In this document: in pieces, positions 25,183-36,798 of the stretch
How the letters are laid out: every line of letters starts with the position of its first letter
How positions within the stretch are numbered: the first letter of the stretch is position 1
Assembly: GCA_047495785.1 (NCBI GenBank)
Contig: JBLDXI010000013.1
Span: 3,100,001-3,164,000 of the forward strand
Reading direction: 5' to 3'
From: Lepidodermella squamata
Lineage: Eukaryota > Animalia > Gastrotricha
Length of the DNA: 64,000 nucleotides
Program-made: the position numbers and the translations under genes
The notes under the pieces: generated by a model
What the model saw: only the letters and a program-made list of their open reading frames with translations
Databases searched by the model: none
What the model was told of the DNA's origin: nothing

Positions 25183-27119
25183 GTCACGCAGAAATGAACC
25201 ATCACATATCACCTGGCGGCGATGACATGCGAGAAAAGTTATTTCGCTTCACCCGGTGACAGTGATCGGCGTCATTTTGATCACGCGAATTATAACAAAG
25301 TTTTACTAAACAGGACATCAGGAAGATTTAGCGTTATATTTGTGTTAAGGTTCGCGGGTGTTAAGTCCTAATTAAGTGTTGTCACGTGTAATTTGCCCAA
25401 TTAGTAACTTGTCGGTTAATGTCAGCTGATAAACACACATGGACGGGCTTGGAAATTTTACGAGGCCAGCCTAAAATCCGTTTATTTTTAAACTGCGTTA
25501 CTAAAATTTAGTAGTAATTTGATGTTTCATTAGAGACTCAATCCTGATGCGGCATTTTTTAGCGCCGTCTAACAACTTCATAAAAAATTAATTGTTTGGG
25601 TAATATGACTTTTAAGCAGGAACAGCGGTCTATCGATTTTGCTAATTACAATCGACGATTAAAAATCCATAGAAAAATCTAAAAATTACCGAAATTAATA
25701 TAATTTCTAATTTCCTAATTGAGAAAATGGTGTAAATGAAGTTCAAACGAAAATTTGTTACGAGATTCGGCATTTTCGAATTCGGATTCATATAAAATGG
25801 GGTAATTTTCTAGGATTCTAATATTGGAAAAATTATCTAATTTGAAAAATTCATATCGATTTCACCATTTGAAAATTAATTCGAGGAATTAGACCTGTAA
25901 ATAGCCCGTTAAAATAAAGTTACCAGGACTATCGGTACGCTTGGCTATGGGTCTAAATATTTGCATGACTAACAGTGAGGTCCCAGTACAAACTTTAAGC
26001 GTCCTGGCACCAAATTCTTCACATACTTTGCGATTTAGGGGTTTCGTTTTACATCAATACTGATCCTCTCCCTGAACCTATACGATTTTTATATCAGTTA
26101 CATGGTGTCCTAAAAGCTACGTAGAAAAGTTATCGTTGCTTGGTTGAAAGTCGGCTGATATCGGAAAAATCACTGATTTGTGAAATCGATACTACGAACC
26201 GATATCGACAGGCTGAAGTATAGCTCGTAAACTGGCCGCTCATATGGCGAAAAATACTCATCATGAGGGTCTATCGGTTAGACATGATTAAAAAAATTGA
26301 GATTCTAGTGAAGGCATGAAACTCGAAAAGCCATATTTAGGGGAAATTTTGTGGTTGAGTCTCAAATTTAATGCTGGAACCCTAAATTCAGGGTCCGCAC
26401 TTGGCACACCCCTTGGCAATGCAAAAATTACAATCGAGGTTCGTCTTGAAGTTGAGTTGAAACATCTTTCATTTTCCTCGAAAATATTATGCTTTTGCGA
26501 TTAAATCAATAAATTTTCACGATTTTATGCTTATACGGAGTGGTGTATTTCCGAGTTTATGCAGGTGTCAAGGTGTTTCCTGGGGCCACTATTTCAATTA
26601 CTACACGCGTAAATAAGCGTTAGTACCATACATAAATATTGTCATTCTTTGAGCAACCTCGGGGCCTTCTTCCCTAAAGCTCTTGAAGAGACAAGGCTCA
26701 TAAAATATTGACATATTCCCACAAGGCAAAGTGCATATATTTTGTATAATATGGATATAATCCTGCGAACTGAAGCGTGATGCCAAGAATGAGCCGCAAA
26801 TCGGCTAGAAATATTATTTACACACAAAACAACCGCGCGCCCGCGATTTTTGACGAACTCAATTAAACAATAGGGAGCTGAATAAACATGCATATGGTAT
26901 CGATTTTCGCCTCTCTCTCCGTTATATATGCGTTAACGCTTCGCACCCGGTGATAAACTGCGCATCTTCTTCTCATAAAACGAATTATAAAGACATAATA
27001 GCCCTGTTTGACAGCTATTCGATAATAAATGCGCTGAAGGGTGAATAATCCCACCATTATTTTCCGCATCGATAGCTTCGAAAAAAACCAGAATTATATA
27101 ATGCCTCATTTTTTTCTTA

Positions 27120-28739
27120 TCAAATTGAGATTTTGCACATTAAAAAGTAAACGGTATTAAAAATAGCGACAGATATCAGCGATGCAGAAGCTGCGAAAAG
27201 ATCGCAAATTCTGATATTTTGAACATCAAAGCATTTACAAACAGATCGTTTCTGCCGGGACCACGCAGTTTCAGCCAATGAACATGTCACTAAGGAGTAC
27301 AACGTTATTAGGCAGCCCAGTCCCATATGCAGGGTGATGTAATGGAACAGGTAGACGACTTGAGAAGTCCGAGGGATGGCGCTCATAAAAATGCTTTGGG
27401 CGACTGCGAAGGATAGAACAACCGTTATCGAGAAAACAGACCGATCCGGAGATTTGGCCGGTAGGATAAACGTCGCAATTTGCAGTATCGTGAGGAAGGC
27501 AATCGGTAGAAACGTTGAAAAGACGAAATATTCAGGCCGGCGTTGGAAGGCGAAAGTGAAGTGAGCAAGGTTTAAAGGACTGTCTGGTATGCTGGTATTG
27601 CTTGCAATTAGGTACCAAATATCGGATGACGAGAGGAAAGAGGATCCAGGGAACTTGTCGTCGACGAAGCTAAGCCGCGGTTCGAAAGTGACTTCAGATT
27701 TGTCAGAATCGCAATAGATCTCGACGTAGCAACTGACTTGATCGTATGGAAATTTCTGAAAAAATTCAAAAAATTGATTGGAAAATATCAACTTTTAGCC
27801 GGGCCATATTTCAAAACTTGGCACGATGGGATAATTTCAAAAAAATAATGATAACGCTGAGTGATAATCAGGCCTAGTACTCAAAGTCACGCAGAAAATT
27901 ATGGACATTTTTCGGAATTTTATTCAAATTTTTCAAATAAATTCTGAAATTTCCAACAATTTTGGAAAGACAATTTCGAGCGAGGAATTATTGGTGAAAA
28001 TTGGTTCCGCCATAGTTTAAAAAAAATTAACAGCTCTAGAAGTTTAAAAGTACCCGAAAATTGAACAGGCAAATGACTTCGTACACTCCTAAAGCATTCC
28101 ATTCGGCTCGAGGCACCTCCCTTCGAACTGTTATTTCTCCTCCATACCTAAAAGAATGTAAAAATGAACATTAAAAAGCTCAATTGAAATCGAAATTTCC
28201 CAAATTTTAAATTTAGGTAGATTTGTAAGTAAAATATTTGTAATGCTTACCCCTCTACCAAATTGGCATCTTCGTAGGCATTTGATACGATGACTTTAGG
28301 ATGCCATACCGTTGATTTGTTGAACTCGCAATACTCAACTTGGTCGACAGAACTTGGATAAGCCTCGTCATTCATCGCTGCAATAGCAGCCGCGTTCCAC
28401 GAGGCGCAGTCCGGAAGGGGCCAACTGAAATACAGCCCCCCCTTCACAGAAAACCTTGCAAAACCTTGTAGCTAAAAGCCAGCGAAATTCGGGGAAAGCT
28501 CACCTTTGATGTTGATCGTCGAGTTCTAACATTCGGGTGACGTAGAAGGTTACTTTGACGGGGACAGTGTCTTTCAAATCAGTAACAGGGCGGCCTCGAG
28601 AGGTTCGAAGGTAAGGACAACGTCCCGCCAGCCAATTACAAACATCATCTTCAGGGCAAGTTTTGACCTCGTTTTTAAGAGACGAACTCATCGCTGATTC
28701 AACATAGAGTATAAGCTCAAACAGAAATAATTTGATCAT
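27120..28739 (-). CDS. Divergent Cys-loop subunit F (4 exons)
   Basis: VCNWLAGRCPYL, WHP, small exon YGGEITV..CLFNFR|KFPYDQVSC, PDRSVFSITVVL. Confidence 0.88.
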
Positions 28740-28757
28740 CCTAAAACAAGATCAAAT

Positions 28758-30465
28758 TCAAAACAACTCTTTAATGTTCGAGGAAAGGAGTTCAAAGAAA
28801 AATATTGCATTATAAATTATAAGAAAAGTCGATAAAATGAGAAAGAAAATCATATCGAAAAACCTCAACCTGGACAAAATCATCAATTTTCCGATTTTAA
28901 CGTCGCGATTTAGCCATTCATACCTTCTGGCTGCTGGGCTAAGTATCATGACATATAGGGTGACAAAAACACCGATTATCGTGTAAATATTGATAAAATC
29001 GAAAAAATAAACTGGTTGAGATGTTTTCGGTATCAAAGCTACGGCAGTTTCTTGGTAAAAACAAAGCGTTAGGACTACACTTACGCTAAACGAAGCTCGG
29101 CCGTAATTATCCGGCGACAAAATCAGTGTCCCAATTTGAAGAATAATTACGAAATTCAGGGGGATTAGCATGTTTTTAATAAAATAACTGTCAAGTCGCT
29201 GAAAACTGAATTGAAAATGAACAATATTTAGGGAGGATTTCGCGATTTCAGCACTGGTTGATGTAAGTTCCCACAAGTCGGTGGAATAGTTGGAGAGCTG
29301 CGTCCCGTTTTCTAGGGCAACTTCGATATTCCGAAATCTGACTGAATCGTCGGAGAAAACTTCCGCAAAACATGACTGCTGGTCATGAGGAAATCGCTGT
29401 AATAAAACATTATCGTAATGTATTGTATTTTTGAGCTGAATAATTGTCAATTACCCGAAAGTCGAGCATGCATATGAAGGAGAAAACCCCTGGTACACGC
29501 CATATAGCCAAGCCGTTTTTCTTGACTATCACGTCTCCTTTAAACCTGAAAAAGGCCTGGATAATAGTATAATCCTACGTAGTATACATTTCTTACCGTT
29601 TAATGACTTCAACTCCCCCGCCATAAAAATTAGACAGTAAAACTCGAGGATGCCACATTAAATCTTGAGGGATGTTACATTGCTTGACGCTCTCAGCTTG
29701 TTCCGACAGACCAGCTTCTTCGACGAGTTTTCTAGTCCAAATAGCACAGGGCGGTAGCCTCCATTCGAAGTAAAATAAGCCCTGCAGTGTGAATCTAAAA
29801 ATAATTGGATAAATTCCGGGCATCCCCTCAGTTTCGAACAGCCCTCAGGTCTCTAATGTCAGAGGACTAATTTTGATTATTTAGGCCATAATAAAATTCA
29901 AAAATTCTCTATCGAATAGATATAGGCTTTTCGCGTGAAAAAATAATGGGAAAAAGTTTTACGTGCATCCTAACTTAAATCTAGAAGCGAGTGCGAGCGC
30001 TCTCAACTTGCTCGCAAAACTTTTATATTTTAATTTTTCGCGCGAGAACCCCTTTATTCAATCGATAGAGAATCGTTGGAATTATTTGTTGGCATAAAAA
30101 CCGCCGCGATATTCGAAAGTTGGCCTTTGACATCAGCTCGCGCGGAAAATTTTCTAACTTGATCTTCGCGCACAAGACCACTTTTACCCTTCAATTGCGC
30201 AACCATTGCTTGGGGCTGAGGGGGACCCGGAATTGAGCGATTTCTCTTACTTTTGTTCAAGGTCGCTCAAATCGAGAACTCGGCGTAGTCGGAACTTCAT
30301 TGTGACATCTACAGGGCTGTTTACAACTGGTCGTCCTCGTCTGCTCCGGAGATAGGCACATCTCGAAATGACCCAATTACACAGCTCATCTTCAGGACAT
30401 TCCCGGCATTCACACAATGTCCCAAGTTCAGCAGTAATAAATATCAAAATTATGAAGGACTTCAT
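28758..30465 (-). CDS. Divergent Cys-loop subunit G (4 exons)
   Basis: ELCNWVISRCAYL, WHP, CMLDFR|RFPHDQQSC, M2 YGRASFSVSVVL. Confidence 0.88.
30160..30242. repeat. Dispersed ~100-bp repeat, copy 3, in intron 1 of subunit G
   Basis: CACTTTTACCCTTCAATTGCGCAACC...CCGGAATTGAGCGA matches 5200-5300. Confidence 0.6.
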
Positions 30466-30647
30466 CTAAGCAAATGGTTAAACCCTCTTTCTATATAGGG
30501 TGAATCGTAGAGTTACCGGAAGTCACCCTGAAAGCTGGGTAAATAACCTGTTTTCAAGGATTTAACTCAAGTGGAACAACAGGAACTGCATTAATCCAGT
30601 CTTTTATTCCTCCTTAATTCAAAGAAAAATATCACAGCAACAAAAAG

Positions 30648-32773
30648 CTAGGAAATCGACCTTTCCGAGGCCGTTTCATTGACAGATTTCGGAACTTGGC
30701 CAAGTTTGTTTTTAGCACTCGTCAAACCAGGCTCGCGGCTCGTTAGAAATTTCATCATTTCTGAATCGCCGTTTTTCGTCGCAAAGTGTAGAACAGTGTT
30801 ACCTTCACTGTCCCGAGCTGACAGATTAGCGCCGAGCGACGTGAGAAATTCGACGGCTTTAAAATTCCCAGCACTCGCAGCTGTTAGAAGAGGAGTTCGG
30901 CCGAAATCGTCGCGAGCAGTCAGATCCAAATTGCTGTTTTTACTGATCAGAAAACCGAGAATTTCGGAATTTTTCAAAGCAGCAGCTCGATGAAGTGATG
31001 TTTGATTCTTGCCATCTCGGGTAGTGATAAGGTTCGAATCGGCTTCAGCCAAAATCTCAACCAATTTGAGGTCATCTTTACTCACCGAATAGTGAAAAAC
31101 ATTTTCCTGATCTTCGCTCTGAAGCTCCAACTTCGCGCCTTTTGCCGCTAAATATTTCACAGCTTCGTAGTGTGAACCAGTTGCTGCGATGAAGATGGGC
31201 GTTTTAAGCTGGAACCCTTGGCTGTTAATATCAGCGCCTCGTTTTTCGACCAAATACCGAATAACTTCGAGTTGGCCCATTTCAGCCGCGAAAAATAACG
31301 CCGTGCAATTCAACACGTTTTTCGATTCGAGAAGATCAGGCCGGATGTCGAGCATAACCTTAACAACCTCTAATCTGCCGTCATTCGCGGCCTGAAGGAA
31401 GGGCGAATAACCAGCGTGGGGCGTGTAACTGTAAAAAAGTTCAGCATCGCAATCTTTCATCAGAAATTCAACGATTTCTAAATGTGAGGATTCGGCGGCG
31501 ATTTGAAGCGGCTTTTTCACGCCTTGGTAGCTTTCGATTAGAGGTCTGATCGCGAAAGTATCGAATGGCGATGATTTCACGCGTGATCGGAACTCTTTAA
31601 TTATGCCTTTAACTTCGGTTAGGTTCCCATTTCTGACCGCCTCGTGAAAGCTAGGAGTGAGATCTTCGACCTTAACAAAAAATATTAGCAAAATTTAAAT
31701 TATTTAAATTTTAAATATTAAAATTTTTAATTTTTAAAATTAGGAAATATTCAAATATAATTTGGAAACTCACGGCTATTAGCGAGATCCAGCCAGTGCT
31801 GTTTTGCTTGGTTTCAGGAGGGTTCAAACCCCGGCCTTCGATAGCCCTAACAATTCCTGCCGTAGTCACCCCAACTCGGTAATTAAACTCCTCATTAATC
31901 GCATTATGAAAGCCAATCGCTTGATACGTTGCCGCATCCAACAACGGCGAGCCTGAGGTCCCCGGCTGTGATAAAATGTCATGGTATATCCAATCGTAGG
32001 CGCCTCTGTTCGGCAAAACTTTGCCAGACATGAACATGGCATCGGAGTAGAACTGCGAAAAACCGAATAGCAGAATATCGCGGCCAGTTTCGCGTTCAAT
32101 TAGTTGGAAATTGTCGTTGACTGCGATGAATTCGTAGTTTTTGCGCATGAGATCGGCGACGATTTTAGGGTGGAATTCGAAGAATGTAAAGTCGAGGTGC
32201 TCATCGGTGAACCAGCCAAGCGTGTCGACGTGAGTTTTCAGTGGGATTGAGTCGAAATGAGGTGTGGAATAAAAATTTGCGACCATATCAATCTTCGCCT
32301 CGGGAAACAGCAGATTTTTCGGAATAACTAAAATTAATTAAAATTAAAATAGGAATTTCAAGCCAATTTTTCGAAAATTGAATATTCCGTAATTTGATCG
32401 CAATTTTTTTCAAAAATTCTAGAAATTTACCATGGTTAGATGTTGAAAATCCGTAGTGGGTTCCAGTATGGCGGGCTCCATTCAGTTCCAATCTGCATAG
32501 AACTCCAGTAGCTATCGAGCCCGAAGATTTGTCTCGAAAATTGACGTCGAGTTGAAAGACTGACGTAGCAATTCTGCTGAGGTTTCGGTTCCAGAACTGG
32601 CGTTCAGCTTTAGCCTCAACCAAGACAGGTCGAGGATCAGCCATGAGGAAAACTACAACAACTACTAAGCTAAAATGTAAAACAAAGTTTTTAAGCATGT
32701 TTTTGATGGTATTTTGTGATGATAAAATGACGAGAAATAGTACGAAATTCACAAGAACGGATAAAATGGCCAC
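30648..32773 (-). CDS. Signal peptide + trypsin-like serine protease + ankyrin-repeat fusion protein, copy 1 (3 exons; alternative start 32698)
   Basis: Exons 32773..32431, 32327..31774, 31670..30648 splice in frame: TSNH|VIP (His), LDF (Asp), GTSGSP (Ser), WISLIA|VEDL then ~8 ankyrin repeats. Confidence 0.85.
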
Positions 32774-32881
32774 ATATTGCGCAAATATTGCCTCTTTGAT
32801 GTTGCATCAAGCATCGCTTCCCTTCAAATGAATGCGTCAAGTTTGATTATTAACATTCAGAATATCTTTTGCCGCAACTAG

Positions 32882-33141
32882 ATTTACGGTGAGTGGAACC
32901 TAATTTACTGTATGGAACCGAACTCGAACCGAACCAAAATATGCAAAGAATCACTCTTCGAAAAATTTTAAGAATTCTTACGCAGAATTTTACGCAGAAT
33001 TAAATTAAAAATTTTAGAATTATATTGGTGAGCCATGGCAACCTCGATTGTTCCGGAAAGTGGTTTTTAGGCCCATCAAAAATTCTAAAATTAGGTTCCG
33101 CTACATGCTACAGCAAATTTTAGGTTCCGCTCACCGTAAAT
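32882..33141. mobile_element. Putative MITE
   Basis: TIRs ATTTACGGTGAGTGGAACCTAA / TTAGGTTCCGCTCACCGTAAAT (1 mismatch in 22). Confidence 0.6.
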
Positions 33142-33702
33142 TTGGTTCCGATGAAATGAGGACCCATTAAAATTAATTGCCTATTTCTGAAGAGATAGGG
33201 TTGAGTAAGCCATACAACTTCGGTCAAGATGAAAGATTGAACAGCTCGGTCGAAAATCTATTTACTAACAACCCCATGGAGGAAAACGAAAAGCACGCGC
33301 TTGAACTTTAAATTGACACGAGTGAAATTTAAAATTTTTTCTCTAGAAATGAGATTTTGACGCCTTTGCACGATAGCCAAATAATTTATAGCATTATTCA
33401 GCTTATTATATTGCATTATTATTCTCGGCCTAAAAGCAACAATAGAATTTTACCAGAATTTTGCTCCGACTGGTCGTTTGTATCTCTTTCCTGCTACATT
33501 GGTGAGTGAGGCAATTGTTTCTAAGCTAAATTCTAATGTTTCTATTTGTTGTTGCTCAAGCCCTGAACAATAAAAGGCTAAAACAAACCGAAACTAGTTG
33601 ACAGTCGCGCAAGGCGTTAATTTCTTATTTTCAAGATGATCAATATCAATTAACCCGTCTGAAAAATCCAAAACAAGTTTATTTTCTCACATTAAGTTTA
33701 AA

Positions 33703-36666
33703 TCATCCTTCAAGGTTAGAAAGAAATTGTTCAATGTCAGTTGCTCCGTGTTTCTTAGCCGAATCCACCGGTGTCATTCCAGCCGAATTTTTCCTCACGA
33801 CCAAGACCGGGTTCGTCTCAACTAAATACTTGACCAAGTTCACATTTTTAACGAAAACTGCATGATGAAGCGCGTTGTTACCAGCTTTATCTACCGCGTT
33901 CAGATCCGCACCATGCGATGCCAAAATTTCAACGCTTTCCAAATTATTCGACGAGACAGCAGTTAATAAAGCCGTTCTACCTTGCCCGTCTTTCGCCTCC
34001 AGATTTTTCGCATTTTTATCGAGTAATAAATTTAAAATGTCCTTATTATTCAAACCAGCAGCGATGATAACCGGTGTCTTGCTGGACCCATCTAAGCTTG
34101 AGACCAAATCAGGATTAGCCTGAACAACAGCCTGAACAACATTTCCAAGACCTTTCGTAACCGCGACATGTAGAATGTTTTCGTTATTGTTGTTCTTCAC
34201 GTCAAGCTTCGCGCCTTTTTCGACGAAATATTTTAAAATTTCGAAATTTTCAATCGCCATGAAAGCTGGTGTCAGTCCATCAGCTCCTTGGCTGTTGATG
34301 TTAACCTTACGCTCTTCAACCAGGTATTTAATCACGTTCAGATGGCCGCCCTGAGTTGCGTAATGAATAGCAGTATTGCCGCTCTTATGTTTAGCCGCCA
34401 AAACTTCCGGCCGTAATTTCGCCATCATTTCGACAATTGCCAAATGTCCGTTTTTCGCTGCCTCGTGAAACGGCGAGTAGCCAGCGTTTGGAATTTCGCG
34501 TTGCATAACATCGGCATCACATTCGCGGATGAGATATTCAGCCACCTCGACGTGGCCGTGTTGAACAGCTTCGAATAGCGGCTTTTTCATGCGGTAGTGG
34601 TGGTTTTCAACGAGAGGTTTCAGGACGCTTCTATCGTATGGCGAAACGCCGACGCGTTGTTGCACGAGTTTGACAATGCTTTTAACAGCTTTCAGGTCAC
34701 CGGATCTGGAGGCATTGCGGAACTCTTCAGCAAGTTCGAATACCTGGAAAAATCATCCAAAATAAATATGTATATTTTTCGCGGATTTTTAAGTTAGCCA
34801 AACGGCTGACCTGGAGACCTCTCAATTTAGCGATTTATCGGTTGGATAATTCAGCGTGTCCAATAATTAACGCAAGCAAAGAAAATACACGGGAAAGAGT
34901 TCAGAAACTCTAAAATGAGAGACACATCTCTCGGCCAGATGTCTCTTGTTAGTGGGATTAAAGAATTCCGGAGAAAATGGGTAAAATACCGAAAATTACC
35001 GAATCAGTTACCATCGGCGTTTTCGGGGTTTTCGGGTCCCCCACAGAGTAGCAGGCTTCAAATAAAGCAGAGAGCAACAAATGGTGCACACTTCAGACCA
35101 AATGGCTTCAAAGCACTCCCATAAAAAAAGTAAAATAAAGTATTAAGCAATGATCACCATGTTTTGGAATTAATGCTATTATTTTACTTTGAAGCCATTT
35201 TTTAATTTTGCTTTGAGGTCATGGTGCTTTGAAGCCTGTTACTAAATTTTCCCTACTTTGTAGGGGACCCGTTTTCTCTGGTAAATTAATTTCTTCGGTT
35301 AAATCGCGGATGAAAAAGATTGAATTTTCCCTCAATTAAAAAGGTAGGTTTAATTGAAAAAGATTAGCTGAATTTCCTACAAAAAGTTGCCAAATTAAAA
35401 AATAGTTCTAGGACACGCTGTAAACATTTCAAATGCTATAGGCTATGGATGAAGCCAAGCTCGAACCATATTTCGGAGGATTTAGCACTCTAGAGTCTTA
35501 TTAGTGCTCGAACCCTGAGTTTAAAATGGCGCACTTGGTGCAATCGTGCTAAATTCTTGAATTTAAATGCCCCAAATTTATGGTAATTTCTTTGAAATAT
35601 AATTGAATTTTGAATCAATTCTTTAGGTAGCAGATTCGCTGCTGTATCAAATTCAATGCTCCAATAAATTTTGTGTTAAAATAAAAAATAATTCAACTTT
35701 AAAAAATTTCAAAATTTTGGAATTTAATCTTTCGATCTCAATTTTTCGTAATTTGAAGGTGTTACCACACTCCTAATATTCCAACATCAAAGAAGCTTAC
35801 GGCTAGTGCCAATTTCCAACCCGGGCTATTGGCTTTGCTCGCCGGGGCATACATTCCCATTTCCTCGGCTGCTCTGATGATCGCCGCACTCGAAACACCC
35901 AGACTACGGCCTGATGGGATCATAATCGCCTTATGAAACCCAATAACTTGATTCGTAACGTCATCAATCAACGGACCACCTGATGTGCCATCGAATGACG
36001 CGCAGCTGTGGTAGATATTGCCGAGAAAACCGTCTTCTTGATCAAGAATAATGCCGTTATCAACAATAGCCATCGAATAACGAGCTGGGTGACCGATCAA
36101 AGTTAACTGTCTGCCTTTTTGGAACTCAATATCTGGCCGAGCGTCTGTAACTGGGACAAAATAGAAGCCTTTCTTTACCAGCATTTGAACAATGTCAGGT
36201 TGAAGCTCGAAAAACGTTAAATCAAGCAGCTCATCGATAAACCAAGCCCGAGTATCGACATGCATCCTTATCGGGAAAAATTCCTCGGTGATTGTTGAGT
36301 AGAAATTGGCTTTCAAATTTGCCCCAGCTTCCGGGACAATCATCTTCAACGGAATCGCTGAAAATGTTGTTGAAAATGAAGGCCGGGATAATTATAACAA
36401 AAATTACCATGAGAGGAAGTCATGAAGCCGTAGTAAGTTCCGCTATGCCTCGCGCCATTCAGTTCAAAATAGCATAAAACACCTGTTGCTGATGATCCAC
36501 CCGCATTTTTCGGGTTTATATCTATCTGGAACAAGCTATTAGCAACCCGGGCTAGTTCCCGGTTCCAAAATTGCGGCTCCTTAACCGCCCGCAGTAATTT
36601 AGGGTGCTCACTACAATTCACCCATAATCCCGCGTAAAAAATTAAGATTAAAACTGTTTTAAACAT
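33703..36666 (-). CDS. Signal peptide + trypsin-like serine protease + ankyrin-repeat fusion protein, copy 2 (3 exons)
   Basis: Exons 36666..36408, 36357..35801, 34743..33703; TSSH|AIP, LDL, GTSGGP, WKLALA|VFEL, ankyrin repeats. Confidence 0.85.
35034..35270. mobile_element. Palindromic MITE with 6-bp target-site duplication in intron 2 of protease-ankyrin copy 2
   Basis: TIRs GGGTCCCCCACAGAGTAG / CTACTTTGTAGGGGACCC, nested inverted GGCTTCAAA motifs, GTTTTC on both flanks. Confidence 0.7.
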
Positions 36667-36798
36667 TTTTCAAAATAAAACCAGAAATGAGACGAAAAAT
36701 AAGTTGACGATCAAAGTAATTAGCATTCAAGTGCGAAATTAGGTCATCGTGTTTTGGTTTATTTAGACTAAAAGTTCGAATAAAGTACTAAAATGCGG

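Noticed and set aside
25250-27100. 1.9-kb spacer between subunits F and E as a hidden gene
   Set aside because: AT-rich, only short ORFs with no homology to the array or to known domains.
28737-28760. In-frame read-through fusing subunits G and F into a concatemer
   Set aside because: The spacer is in frame but would need two TGA codons to be read through, and no supporting signal is visible.
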